Under the pieces are notes generated by a model, which had not been told where the DNA came from, did no database searches, and saw only the letters and a program-made list of their open reading frames with translations. A stretch of 63,917 nt of DNA, counting the filler, from Collodictyon triciliatum (lineage: Eukaryota): the NCBI GenBank assembly GCA_043381765.1. It is 8 parts of 8 records of this genome, joined end to end, with 100 filler letters (N's around TTAATTAATTAA, not from the genome) between each part and the next. Parts side by side here need not be neighbours in the genome. Positions count along the whole stretch, not along the records: positions 8,013 to 15,920 come from JBHJMP010003677.1; positions 16,021 to 23,928 come from JBHJMP010003678.1; 6 more parts are not named here. One strand, written 5' to 3'. Numbering within the stretch: the stretch's first letter is position 1; each line of letters opens with the position of its first letter. This document shows positions 10,559 to 23,714 of this stretch, piece after piece. The position numbers and the translations under genes were made by a program.

Positions 10559-12324
10559 CAGAGAGAAGAAGCGTGAACAAGAAGGTTGTGTGCAAAGTTT
10601 TCTTTTTTTTTTCTTTTTTTCTTCGTTAGGAGGTGTGTATGGGACGTGGGGGTAGGCTTGGTTGTTAGGCTTTGCTTTGTGGATCGGAGGTTAGAAATAA
10701 TTTGAAGGAATTTGGATGTCTTTAGACTCTCCCCCTCTGGCATCGGCCGATCGCGCATACGCTCTCGACCTTCTTCGCTGGCGATTTATGACGGGGGTTG
10801 ATTGATCGAGAATACAAACGAAAAGGCTTTTAATCAAATGTGGAATCTATATATCAATACAATAAAACACACTTATTTACAATATCAAAATATTAAAATA
10901 ATCTTAATTGAGGATAAATTGATTTGAATCATATGTACACGTTATTAGCACAATAGGGATGCGTTTCTCCTTCTAGTTTACCGATGTATGAATTCTCTTC
11001 CACAAGTCCGTTGCGCGAACGAAAATCAAAATAGGATGTCCAAGAATAGATATTCGTTGAACGGATGTGGAGAGAAAACGGTGGAATTTTCATAGATTCT
11101 GTACATTTAAGGAAATTACATATTCAACCAGAATATCCTAAGTCTGGAATATAACATCTTAATATAGAATGTTGACATTAACGGAAAACTTGAAGACACC
11201 ATTTTTTTACGAAACCATCACTGGCTGCGAAATGAAAGAAAAGCAAGAAGGAAAGGCATCTCTCAATAAGGATACAAATGGATCATCCAAAACTGGATTT
11301 GTATCCAAACACACCAGAAAAGGCAAATCCGCTATTCAGAATCTTTCTGCACATTTTCCTTTTTTCTCCCACTTTCCTCGTATTAAATTTTAAAATTTTT
11401 TTTCTCTTCGTCATCCTATGACGCAAAATCAAATTAGAAAAACACAAAATTAATGTGTCTTTCGTCTGTCGTTGTTTTTCAGATGTCCAATGGCCTTCCT
11501 TTCTTTTTTTTGCACAAATAAAATACAATGAAACTCCCCCTCAATTTTTTTCCAATAATGACGAATAGTTGGTTTTTTTTCCCTTTCGTAAAAGCATTGC
11601 GAATAAAGCCAACATTCAAAAAATTCGGTACCAAAAAGCTCTTTTCGCAGACTTTCTGGTCTCTCCCACAAGCTCTTCAGCGACCTGTGTCTGTTTATTT
11701 CAATTGAAAATGAGCAAAGAGGCTGAGATTGCATTCTTTTTCTTGATTGTTTGAATTTCATCATTAACAGTTCACGACCTGTTTTTTTTTTTCATATTTT
11801 CATTTTTCATGATTTATTGAAAGGGAGATCTTGTTTAAAAAAAAACAAAAATCGAAGAGAAAAGAGCAGATCCATCTCAGCAACTATTTTTTTTTTCGTT
11901 CTCTCCTCGCCAAACCAGATCAAATGGCGTAGCGATCTAAGAAATGGCCTCAACCACCCTCAAACATTTCATCGTGCCTGCTTGAATCATCGGTAGTGAA
12001 GAGAACCGTCGCAATCAAAAAACAAATCAAACATATTAACAAATCGCTCACACCCGCAAGCTCACCTCTCCCTGCCCCTCCTCTTCATACCACGCCAATT
12101 ACAGAAGAAAAGCACAAAAAGAAAAAGAAGACGAAAAGGAGAGGCAAACATATTGCCACACCAATGACAAAAGCAAAAGCAAAAGCAAAAGCAAAAGATA
12201 AAGCAAAAGCAAAAGCTAAAGAAGTGAAAGAGAACACGCAGAGCTCACAACAGCACCCAAGAAAACACCCACACAGCGCATTCCGCAGCACGGGACTAAT
12301 CACAGGCGACAGCCACACACAGGA

Positions 12325-13638
12325 ATGCGCACGAAAGCCCAGCCACAACAGAGCCAGCGAAGAGAGCCCAACACCGCGCCGCCTGTGGTCTTTGCACTGC
12401 AGTTCCCCGCGTCCCGCCACAACTCTCCTGATGCTGTAGCCACAACCACAACCACAGCCACACATGCCCACCCGCTCCCCTGCGATCTCTCGTTTGTCTT
12501 CAAGCTCGCTTGCAGCCACACTCCGGCACCAAAGCGACTGCGCCCCCTGGCCGCACCATATACAGCCACAGCCACAGCCACAGCCACAGCCACAGCCACA
12601 ACCACAGGTGCGGGGTGCGGACTCGATCGCGTTGGGGCGGTGGGCCGAGGGCGAGGCCGGGGAAGAGGCCGGGGAAGAGGCAAAGGCCAGAGCAGCCGCA
12701 TTCGGCGCATGGATGTAGTTGTCGGGCAGCGCGATCGGGTGGGGGGCGGGCACAGGCAGCAGCGAGATAGCGACGACGAAGCAGAGATCGATGCGGCCGA
12801 GCGAAGCGAAGGGGAGAGCGAGGAGGATGTTGAAAAAGACGAAGTGGAGGACGAGGAAGACGAGGTAGAGGAGGAGGAAGAGGAGGAAGAAGAAGAGGAG
12901 GAGGAGGAAGAAGAAGAGGAAGAGGTGCTGCATGAGAGCCAGGTCTTCTTCGGATCCTTGATTTCGCCCAGCCTATCCCTCTCCCCGACAACCGCAATTG
13001 CAACCACAGCCACAGCCACAGCCACAGCCACAGCCACAGCCACAGCCACAGCACCTCAGCGGGCAAAGGGTCCGCCTGCGCCGTCGGGCCGGAGCAAAGA
13101 GCGCAGCGGGAAGGCGCACAAGCGGTGTCTGTACTGCAACGCAAACGAGACGGTGATGTGGCGACAAGGCCCCGAGGGCAAAGGTACCCTCTGCAATGCC
13201 TGCGGCGTCCGCTGGAAGCGCGGCTCCCTGCACCTGACACCCACGACAACGACGGCATCCATCAACACAGCCACAGCAGTCGCCACAGCCACAGCCACAG
13301 TGGCCGCCACAGGAAACGATGACGTCGTTGTCGCCACGCCCTCGTCGTCGCCACCGCTTCCTGTGGCAAAGGCCCACCACAAACGCGCATCGCCCTCGTC
13401 CCCGTTCTCCGCCCTGTGGCAGACGTCCTCGTATTCATCCCACGCCTCCTCGTCTGCGTCCCCGTCGCCCTCCTCCTCGTCATCCTCGTCTTCAGTCTCA
13501 GCAGCAGCATCGCAGGCGTCCTCAACACCGCCCAAAGCAGCAGCGGCATCGACATCGACATCGACATCGACATCGACATCAGTAACTGTGGTTTCCGCTT
13601 CTGCCACACCCGTTCTTGTGCCTCGTCCTCGTCGATGA
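12325..13638 (+). CDS. GATA-type zinc-finger transcription factor with low-complexity tracts
   Basis: CLYCNANETVMWRQGPEGKGTLCNACGVRW is a C-x2-C-x18-C-x2-C GATA finger. Poly-E and (TA)n tracts. Confidence 0.88.
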   Translation: MRTKAQPQQSQRREPNTAPPVVFALQFPASRHNSPDAVATTTTTATHAHPLPCDLSFVFKLACSHTPAPKRLRPLAAPYTATATATATATATTTGAGCGLDRVGAVGRGRGRGRGRGRGKGQSSRIRRMDVVVGQRDRVGGGHRQQRDSDDEAEIDAAERSEGESEEDVEKDEVEDEEDEVEEEEEEEEEEEEEEEEEEEVLHESQVFFGSLISPSLSLSPTTAIATTATATATATATATATAPQRAKGPPAPSGRSKERSGKAHKRCLYCNANETVMWRQGPEGKGTLCNACGVRWKRGSLHLTPTTTTASINTATAVATATATVAATGNDDVVVATPSSSPPLPVAKAHHKRASPSSPFSALWQTSSYSSHASSSASPSPSSSSSSSSVSAAASQASSTPPKAAAASTSTSTSTSTSVTVVSASATPVLVPRPRR

Positions 13639-14598
13639 GACACTTGCACTATCCATCAACTTATCTTTTGATTTCTCGTTATCATTTATTTTATTTTTCC
13701 CTTGTTTTTTTTCCCTTCCTTATATGCGCCTGAGATTAAGTTATCTGAAACAGCAAATGATGGAGAGATGGTTCTGTCAGGCAGTTTTTTCCCCCATTCG
13801 ATTTCTATTTGCTCCGCCAAGATATCATTTTTAACTTTAATTCTAATATCCGCAGGATATTGTTCCCTTTTTTTTCTTCTTTTTTTTGCTGTTTAATTTT
13901 ATTGTTTTGAAAGGAGATTTTTTTCTCTTCTTTTTTTTTTTCTTTTCTCTTCCCCTTTTCTTTTTTCTTCCTCTTTCTCTTCGGACTATCTCCCTCTCAA
14001 TTTTTAAAAAGACACCTTTTCAGGGTTTGACAAAAGTACCGAAGGTAAATGATTGGGTGAACCATTTCTAGGAACACGTTCAAAACCACTATTTTTTCGT
14101 TTGTTTTTTCCATTCATTCGCATCATAAAGAGAAGTATGACCGCCGCAATATCTCATATTCTGACCATTACCTGGAGAGGCTTTTAGCAAACCAAAATCA
14201 CTTCTTTTTTTCCCTTTCGGGGTTTAGATTGCTGCGTACCCACCCTTGAGTAAACAAGGGAATCGAAAATAAAGCATTCATTTCTTCTCGCATAACAAAT
14301 CCTATTTGCCCCCAGCAGAATTGCTGGGATGATATTTTATTTACATATTACCGATTTACAGCCATATTTCTCTACACCTGAACCCCCTGGTGAACCAGCC
14401 AATATTATTGCACAATTATTGACTCATATGTTGCTAGAAAAAGATAAAATAAGACCCCTAGAAGACTTATATTCCACACATTTTTTTCATTCAATATGAC
14501 TTAGTATATACTACTTTGGTTTATATTTATGTATTTTTGGTAGGTCATGTAATATAACGACAAGACAAGGAGGTAGAAAGAGGTAACAGGTAGGGTAA

Positions 14599-15714
14599 TT
14601 AGCAGATGCAGTTAGACTCTTTTTCGATTGAGCTGAATGACCCAATAGAAAGTGTAATTTCGTCGTTGATACTAGTTACCAAACTAGAAGGGGAGTGAGG
14701 TGCCTGAATAGCCCTGAATACATTCATATGTTGACAAACAGTAAATATTTTTTTCTTGTTTTAAATGGTTTCCTTTCTTTTTTTCTTAACAAAGAGGAAA
14801 ATTACATTGTAGTAATATGATGTTGTCAACTCGATATAATGGGTAAACTTACGTTCGATTCGATAGACATAAATCGATTCCTCGGTGGAAGGCTTCACAG
14901 ACATTAATATTTAACTTTGACGAAATCTCAAAAAATTCTGCTCCTGGCAATGGGGATTCAAAATTTAGATATTGCCATGATTTCCTTTTTTTCAAAACAA
15001 ATGTTTTCCACATATATTTTTGTCGTTCAATACACATATAACTGAAACACAATACGAACCGATGGAGGAGGCGTAAGATCGACCAGCAAGCTCTGATACC
15101 TTCCTTTTTCTTTCATCTTCGTGGACTAAATCAACTAGGTAATAAAAATGATATATCATACATCATCTCTTCAAATTCAAGTACCAAAATCTATATCTAG
15201 CACATGCCATTCTTTTTTAAAAACGTTTCTCAAGAAAGAGTTTTTTTTATATAAAAAATTATGCCGAGATGTAGTTTTATAGTCACCAACCACAGTTTAT
15301 GATATAGGGATTTTTTTCTCCTCTATTCCACGCAATAATTATACGAATAGCTAACTCACGCATAGTACCAACGATGACAACATGGCAGCCATCCGTCATT
15401 TCTAATAATTTCCCGTAGTACTTTTCCAACGTACGAAAGGACTTACTGTTTGTTATGTCTTGGACGAGATTTATCGATAATAATAAAACATATGTCTTAC
15501 GTTAATCCTAATATAATCCATATTTATAATAGTAAAGCCTTGGGTGATATTATCATTGCATATTCATTACCCAGCAGAATGATACACATAATATTCTTTG
15601 GAAACGAAAAGAGGAAAAATATTAGTCACGGTGAAACCAAAAAAAACTTACCATAAACAAGGAGTGCGACATGGGCTCTCCGACAGTAAATTGTTGTGAT
15701 GGCCTCAAATTGGT
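14599..15714 (-). CDS. Rab-family small GTPase (Rab24/Rab20-like), last five exons; 5' part lost at contig end
   Basis: Spliced: DQFEAITTIYCRRAHVALLVYD-ITNSKSF...VVIVGTMLDLVHEDERKRKV...GAEFFEISSKLNINVCEAF...ESNCIC*, ending in a CXC prenylation motif. Confidence 0.82.
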
Positions 15715-15822
15715 CTATTTGTATTATTGTTAACATATGAAGATGAGGGAACACACAACCTTTTCCTCCTTCATTATATAAAAGCCTATGACATACAAGC
15801 GGAGGGAAAAATAAAGGCCACG

Positions 15823-15920
15823 AAGAACAAAGAACAAAGAACAAAGAACAAAGAACAAAGAACAAAGAACAAAGAACAAAGAACAAAGAACAAAGAACAA
15901 AGAACAAAGAACAAAGAACA
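15823..15920. repeat. (AAGAACA)n array at contig end; (ATAATAATACTG)n starts the next contig at 16021-16120
   Basis: Visible directly in the sequence. Confidence 0.9.
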
Positions 15921-16154
15921 NNNNNNNNNNNNNNNNNNNNNNNNNNNNNNNNNNNNNNNNNNNNTTAATTAATTAANNNNNNNNNNNNNNNNNNNNNNNN
16001 NNNNNNNNNNNNNNNNNNNNATAATAATACTGATAATAATACTGATAATAATACTGATAATAATACTGATAATAATACTGATAATAATACTGATAATAAT
16101 ACTGATAATAATACTGATAATATTGATTATAATAAATAAGTAATTAATATATAC

Positions 16155-18819
16155 CTGAGAGTGAGGGCTGTTACGAAATGATTATGTGCTTCGGGTACAA
16201 CCGCAACACATGTAGCGGTGGTCAAATCCCAAACTCTGATACTTTTATCGTCTGATGAACTGTGAATACAAAAGGAATGGCAATTGAAGAATAAGCTTTC
16301 AGAGAAAATCAAAAAATTGCTAAAAAAAAAAAAAAAAAGGTCTACATTTCATAGCGATTGCCTTCGTATCAGTCACCACATAGCAGAGTAATTATCAATT
16401 ATGATGAAAACCTTATTAAATGCCTTCCATTTGGGTGAAAGAGAACAGCACGAACCCAATTATCATGCCCGACCTGAGGAAAAGAGAAAGAAAGAAAAAT
16501 TATACGAGTGAAGCTTTAGATGACTTTGCGTAGTTGAATTGCTATCGCGTAATAATGTCTTATAGAGATGAGAAAATTGTTGGGTAAAAGAAACATTAAT
16601 GAAGGGGGAGTACGTATTATATGGTTACTTGGCAATGTTGGTAATAAAATAACAATACGAACCAAAGAGAACAGACATCTGCCGGTATGTACATCCCATA
16701 TTTTGATCGACTTGTCGCGAGAACCTGAAGCCAAGTATCCTTCTGGAGCGAGGTTTGAGGTGCTCGTACCTCTCTTTGGAGGTATTGATAATCATCATCA
16801 CCATCACCACCACCATCGTAATCATAATCATAATCATAATAATACTAATAATATATGAATTATGAATAGGGATTAAAATAAAAATGCTTATTCGGGAATA
16901 TTGTTTTGTAACTAAAAGATACCTTCGCTGCTATGAGGATTTTGTTAATAGTTTCAGTGGCACTTTGATTTCCAAAAGCGATGCATTCTACAACGTGCTC
17001 ATGCTCGGATAGTGTGCTAAGGTGTAGTAAGTTGTGGTATGATTGAACGTATTTCGTAATTTGTGATTCAAAAGTACATAAAAAGAATCATATGAAAAAT
17101 ACTATATCGTGTCATTTTCAAACAATTATAAATAAATAAAAATATTTCGTGTAACTAGCAATATTAACCTTGTACATGAACCCGTGGAAACGTTCCAAAT
17201 TTTGACCGTCTATGCCGTATTTTAGTTGATGAGGGAATCATAATTTAAAAAGATGCCATTCGGAGTAGGTATATCATTTTCGTATTTCATTGTAATAAAT
17301 ACATGGTCAGAAGAACAGCTTGCGATCAATTTTCCTTCTGGGTGGTAAATAACCTTTCGAACCCATTCTGAGTGGCCGCTTAGCGTTTTTATGCAATACC
17401 TAATCACATTTAGTGAAATTGAAAAATTGTGACCTATAAAACGAAAATAAGGTATACACTTAAAAATAGAAGAAAATAAAAGAAGGTAACCCAGTAGATA
17501 TCTCCCATATTTTGATAGTTTTATCTCTGGATGCTGACGCAAGATACTCGCCTGACGGCGAGAAAGTAACGGACGAAACATTGTGTTCGTGACCAAACAT
17601 TGTTTTTATACAATTGTAATTCCCGGTTTCCCACAATTTTATAGTCAGATCTGCGGATGAAGATGCTGTGTGTAATAATAGGTTACGGTGGGATGGTGAC
17701 TAATTTTGAACTATCTCAATGTGATCGACTTTTGAGATGTTTATTTTAGGATGAGAGACAGATTAAATTTATTTTTTTTTATTAAAAAAATTATCCAACT
17801 ACAGTACCTAATAATTTCCCAGAGGGATCGAAGGCTACTTCTTGAACTGCATTCGTATGTCCTTTCATAGTTCTTTGAATCTCACCAAATTCTGCATCCC
17901 ATATCTTACGATGGAAAAATGGAGGTCGATGTCAAATAATGATACATGAATATGAATAAAATGATAATACCGCAGAACATAAGCACGGAAACATCAACCT
18001 TGATTGTCGCATCTTCAGAACAGGAAGCAAGAAGACTGTATTGTGGATGGAAAGCGATGTTTGTGATTGTGGTTTTGTGCTCAGACAGGGTGTGAACGGG
18101 ACTTGGCCGTGGAATTCCGTCGCCTCGGCCGGCCGCTTTCCCCCTGCCAGACTTTCCATTGCCAAAGTCCTCTTGTAATTGGGAAATTTGTGCCTCCAGA
18201 TTATTTATCTACAAGCAATTTAATTTCATGCTGTTAATAGAAAGTAGAAAAACATTTTACATACATGTAAAAAAAGAAAAAAGTAACAAGGATGGATACT
18301 AAACTATTCTATAAAAGTTTTTTTTCGAATAGTAATGAAGCAAATAATAATAAGGCGAAAATTTAATCATCTTGAGATATGAATGCCAAAGGGTTATAAA
18401 ATAAAGTAATCTTCTTATGTATACACGGCGTTGCAGGGTGATAATTGAGGTCCATTTCCTTTCAAGAAGATTGTCCTTAGAGGCTTCGTGAACTGAGGCT
18501 TCAGACTCGAATTGACTCGCTGTCGACGAGTAACCATTTGCCCTCAAATAACCAAGAATGGACTTATTCCTGCTCGTATATTTTTTGGAAATAGAAAGAA
18601 GAAGGAGGAGAAAGCATAATGTTGTATTACTCGTAGGCCTCTGTATTTAAAGGCTGGATCATTTCAGCCTCGCATTTTATGGTGAAATACTTTGACAATC
18701 GAGATAATATATATATATATATATATTGAAAAAAATAAGGAGAAAGGCCTGCAGTTGCAAAAGGTTGGAGAAAAAGGAGACACTCACAGCTCCTCTTTCT
18801 GGCTTGTTGTCAAAACCAT
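16155..18819 (-). CDS. LIS1: LIS1/NudF dynein regulator (LisH + WD40), last exon lost at contig edge
   Basis: [104 protein letters not shown]. Confidence 0.93.
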
Positions 18820-19360
18820 TGAAGATCTAAAAGCCGTTTCCTCTGGAGATCTAGAGGAGATTCGTCAAAGTTTCTTCTGTTAAAAACACGCGCTTGGATT
18901 CGTTTCGTACGTTCTGGTATTTCTAATTCGTGCTTTGTTTCTGTAGACGTTCTGACAGGAGACTAAAGGTAAGAGTTTTCCCTCTCTACAACTCGAGCAG
19001 CTTTTTGTGCTGGGAAGCGTTATTTTCATTCTAGCTATTTATTTATTCCTCTCCTTGTTTCTTTTTTACTTATTTTTCTTTCTCTTTTCTCCGTATTTGC
19101 TGTGTGATCTGCTTGGGTGATTTGTGGGTCTTATGAAAGTGGTTTTGAATACCACATATGGGACGGAGATGGAGCAAAGACGAAGCAACCATTAAGAACA
19201 CTATTCTGGAATATATACTTCAACATTTTTTCATCTAATTTAAGCGACAGAACCCTCAAAATAACGCATAAATATGTGCAAATGTATAATTTTTTCAAAA
19301 TTAATTTTTAACTGATTGATTGAAGTTATAAAATATATGATTTGCTAATTTTTTAAAACT

Positions 19361-19484
19361 TATACTAGAAGGGGTATACAATCTTTCGATTGGTAAACTT
19401 CGTCCGCTAGTATCCAAGGTCTCAACACTTTTTTTCACAAAGGTTGCGTAGCGGTGAAGGGTGCCAGGAAAGACCCAACAGCCT
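19361..19484 (-). ncRNA. Candidate Fanzor omegaRNA scaffold, copy 2
   Basis: About 14 substitutions and 2 indels versus 2157-2280 by manual alignment. Stems CCGCTA/TAGCGG, CAAC/GTTG, CAATC-GAAA-GATTG and ATACTAG/CTAGTAT. Confidence 0.65.
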
Positions 19485-19489
19485 ATTTT

Positions 19490-21416
19490 TTTTAAAAAGG
19501 AAGGTGAGTGCATATTTTAAAGGGTTAAAAGAACTTTCTTGAGTGTATTATGGGCGCTGTTTAAGTCCTTTGTCAAGAATACACTTTGTTTGCTTTCTTA
19601 GCGATTGCATTATTTACATATGATACATCTGCGAAACTTTTTTGAATTTCCTTTCGGTGTCATATATTCCAGTTCTTTTTCGCGGTTACAACACATATTG
19701 GAGGTTATAAATTCATCTACACTGATTGTTTCAAAACGTTTGGATAGTATTTTTCGTAATCCTCTTCCGATTATTGACGTAAGATGTTTCATCGGGCATT
19801 TTCTGCTCCAGTCTCCATACGCCAGTACAACATCCTTGCCAAATGTCTTTTCGATTCGGTCCATAAACAATTGTCCACTTCTTTTTGTATTATCATATTG
19901 TCTCCATCTCATCTTTCGAAAAGTTACTTGTTTTAAAATCTAGAAAATTCTATTTGGTTTCTTAATTTCATAGATACATATTTTCGAAATATTTATCATA
20001 ATCGACCATGCATGAATTATGTTTACTCAGTTCTGTCTCTAAATCGACTAAAGATAGTCTTGATGTCTCAAACCGCTGATTCTCTTCAAAAGTCAGGGGG
20101 CCAAAAGGAACAGCATTTTGTAAACCTTTTGTCATGCATATCCCTGAAGCATTGTACTTTTTTTCTCGCACAAGAGTATTTTATGATTTTTAAGAGATTT
20201 GCTATCAAGTCTTCTTTTGTGCGCCGTGTAACGTAATTTCTTACCTGTCTCATCCACTATGTAAACCAAATTAAACTTGCCTGCGTCCACTCCATCTTTT
20301 TTTTTTCGCTAATAAAGATAACTGCTCTTCAGAAAGTTCATCTATATAAACATTTTCTTGGTTTTTTTTTGATTATATTTGAATTTTGGATTTTTTTCCT
20401 TTATTCGATTCAAAGTGTAGCGAATTTGGATTTTGTATTTGAAAAACCTTTCTTTTGAAAGAATAATGACACTGCCAATCCGTGTGTTTGTATCATGTAT
20501 TTAAAATGGTAGTCTTTTTGACGAAAGACCCTCTTGTTCATTTCAAAGAAATCATCACATTAAGTCTCTTTGCATCTTGATTTATTCTTCATTAATGATG
20601 TTTTTTTTTCCAGAAAATACTTATCTATCAAACATGCAGTATCTAGAGTAATATGACATGGTATATTGTTAGGTCTTATAGAGATTGGTTGAAATAGTTT
20701 GGCTCCAATGTCCTCAAAAATGCGATTCATGCAAATCAGATATGGAATGTTCTTATTTGGATTTACTTTGACGTCAAATTCGATACCTTTTACAATATCG
20801 TTGGGAATGATATGATTCAAATGCGTTTTAATCCATTCTTTGTCTTGTTCTGGTATGTCGAGATTCTTGGAGATGGCTTTTTTTTTTAACTTTCGTAACT
20901 CTGCCTTTTTAATAGCTCCCGTAACATTCTAATATTTAGGAACTGTTTGATTTATAAAGCGCAGTAATCTCTTTACAAAATGCTCCTTAATGTTATTATG
21001 ATAAGCTGTTGGCATTTGCTTCGCAAAGTACGGTAATACATGAGACCGTCCAACCAACGGAAAGCGTTCTTCTCGGGTCAAAAAACTCGAAAATCATTGA
21101 GATAAAAAGTCATCAGTCTTTATTCATTTCTGGTTTTTAATATTGTGGGTCTATCTTGTGAAACTATTCCGATTGTCTTTAAAGCGTACGAAAAAAACAT
21201 TTCATCGATTGTGGGGAATTGTTGTGATTTCAATATGTAACATCTTGCAGAGGGATAAGTTTCGGAAACCAAGTTATGACACATTAAAACCGTATCGTTG
21301 ATTTTGTCATAGTCATCCGGATTCTTTACAGTCGACTTTAGATATGTTTTTACATTTCGATAGCCTGGTTTTCCAGACTTAAGATTCCTAGACTCAAGAC
21401 GTTTCCTTCTCTTCAT
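19490..21416 (-). pseudogene. Fanzor1/TnpB-like nuclease pseudogene, full length but frameshifted
   Basis: N-terminus YRNVKTYLKSTVK...INDTVLMCHNLVSETY; KLFQPISIRPNNIPCHITLDT; RuvC-I VDAGKFNLVY (D 20285-20287); LAYGDWSRKCPMKH; VDEFITSNMCC; RCIICK; KDLNSA (D 19565-19567). Confidence 0.88.
20395..20421 (-). mobile_element. Ultra-short LINE-A 3'-tail insertion inside Fanzor copy 2
   Basis: TTTCCTTTATTCGATTCAAAGTGTAGC is identical to the tail at 1254-1281. Flanked by GAATTTTGGATTTT and GAATTTGGATTTT. Confidence 0.8.
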
Positions 21417-21626
21417 CTGGAAGTCTTTGTTTTACTTTTTCGTTTAGAAAACTACCAGGTTTTTAGTTTTAATAAATCTTTAGTCAATAAGTCAATTTAA
21501 TACAAACCAAAAATCAACTGCATAATAAATTCAGGTAAAATTAAGCATTTACCGAGACTCTCAAAATATACGCATTGTGGCAAAGAAACACACAAAGTTT
21601 TTTTTGTTAGTGATTTGAGACAAAAC

Positions 21627-23430
21627 TATGAGAGCCGATTCTGTGAGTTCGAAAGGACGGCCATATAGCCATTGCGGCTGAAAGTCATCATATCGGCCCC
21701 AAACAACATGATTACCGCCACAAGTATGGATATAATGCTTTTTTGAAATGCATGTTTGGTGGCAGGTTTATAGACTGGGTTCTGTCTGGGCCAAGGCGAG
21801 GGCTTATTTGTCATTTTTGAATTTTTGAGAATTAATATTACACAAACAGAATAGCTCATACATCACAACGCCAGGCTCCACCGCATTCCACACGCAAGAT
21901 GCACAGCCAACCACAGCCGTCCTGAATAACAAAGGAAAATGGCGTTCACGCAGACCAATCTCATACGACATCCCGTCGCCATTCTTTTTCCGCCTCAAGA
22001 ACGAACGCTCGTCGAACGGTGTGCAGTCTATGCAGTTCTCGATGGCTATGGCCTACTCCAAATTCTTTCGAGACAAAATATCCGCCGCCGATACCTTACA
22101 AAAAGTCAAAACATCAACGATGGGGAGAAACACTAGGCATCACCCACACCCCGCTCACCGCGAGCTGGAGACAAACACGAACCCCGCAAGTCCTTCCAAA
22201 TCACCGCTCTCTAATGCTTAATATCACCAATAGGGTGCTATGGATAAGCACACGCGCGGCAAAAGCTGGCAAAGTCTCCCAACAATGCACACTTTGCAGT
22301 AACGGTGATGAATCCATTGGGCACACATTTGTGCAATGTCCCTTCGCTCAAAACCTGCGCGAAATAGCCGGTGGGTTGCTTCGACTGACACTCAAGACGG
22401 CTGCGGCTGTTGGCCCAATCCAGGCGATATTTGGGCCTCTGCAACAGCTGCGTCCAGATGCGAAAACATTCTGGGCAGTGACGCGAGGCCATTTGCTATG
22501 GACTATGTTGATAGCGCGCTTATACTCACGCAAAGCAAGACTCAACAACCAGCCACCCATTCCTGATAACAGGCTGGATGACATCATACAAATCCCCTTC
22601 CTCAATAGCTTTCTTCGCCACCTGCACGTTCTCTACTACTCAAACCCTGTGAGAAGAGACATGCGGAAAGAGGCTGAGAAAAATATTAAACCTCGCCTTG
22701 TATCTCTCATGCAAGCACAAGACCCAGGCTACAGGCCAAACCGCAGGATGCAATTCCTGATTACGGACTACTTCTCCGCCACCCGGCCATCAAGTAGCGT
22801 CCATGCAAAAAATGGCTAGCGAACCAAAGCCAGAACCTCCACCATTCTGCACAAAATTGAAAGGAGTAATAACAATAATTATTTTTCATGAAATAAGTAT
22901 CTGAGACCAGGAAGCGGAATCTTGCGCCAAATACACAAAATAAATTAAAAAAAAACACGTTCCACAAAAGCGCGAGACTTTTCCACTTAAAGAAACAACG
23001 GACAAACACTCAACATCCTCATAAACTAACTCGATCATTAGAGGTAAAGCGAACAAAAAAATAAATAAACTGAAAATAAAGCAATAAAGCAATAAAGCAA
23101 TAAAGCAATAAAGCAATAAAGCAATAAAGCAATAAAGCAATAAAACAATAAAACAATAAAACAATAAAACAATAAAACAATAAAACAATAAAACAATAAA
23201 ACAATAAAACAATAAAACAATAAAACAATAAAACAATAAAACAATAAAACAATAAAACAATAAAACAATAAAACAATAAAACAATAAAACAATAAACAAT
23301 AAAACAATAAAACAATAAACAATAAAACAATAAAACAATAAAACAATAAAACAATAAAACAATAAAACAATAAAACAATAAAACAATAAAACAATAAAAC
23401 AATAAAACAATAAAACAATAAAACAATAAA
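21627..23430 (+). mobile_element. 5'-truncated, degraded L1/Tx1-like LINE (family B): ORF2 C-terminus, 3' UTR, octamer-repeat tail; 5' boundary approximate
   Basis: zf-RVT knuckle CTLCSNGDESIGHTFVQCPFA followed by LLWTMLIAR. Frameshift near 22070. Followed by (GCAATAAA)n(CAATAAAA)n. Confidence 0.8.
23076..23430. repeat. (GCAATAAA)n/(CAATAAAA)n octamer array
   Basis: Visible directly. The same unit occurs at 63821-63917. Confidence 0.92.
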
Positions 23431-23714
23431 AAGCAAGTTAGAACAACAATAGCGTAGTCGATAAAAGATGACGAAAGCATAGCAAAAAAAAAAAAAAAAA
23501 AAAAGATAAAAAGAAAAAAAAGACCCACCGCAATCACCCCTCTGTTCCATCTCTGCAGTATTTGATTATCCTTGCCACTGCGGCACTTCTCACCTAATAA
23601 CATCCGCGCTCAAAAGCGAGAGTTTCACCCCGGAAAAACATATTCGAGAAACCAGGGTTAAAACCGCACTCATCTTCCCATAGTCAGGAGAATATAAAAG
23701 GGATTTGAGAAAGC

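Larger units (their letters stand above)
19361..21500 (-). mobile_element. Fanzor1-carrying transposable element, copy 2 (5' boundary approximate)
   Basis: Collinear with copy 1 and shares its 3' terminus. Contains only the Fanzor ORF remnant and the 3' non-coding block. Confidence 0.85.

Noticed and set aside
8538-10758. Several long overlapping ORFs (730, 522, 357, 322 aa) as overlapping genes
   Set aside because: By-product of extreme GC content. Only the 680-aa minus frame has recognisable domains.
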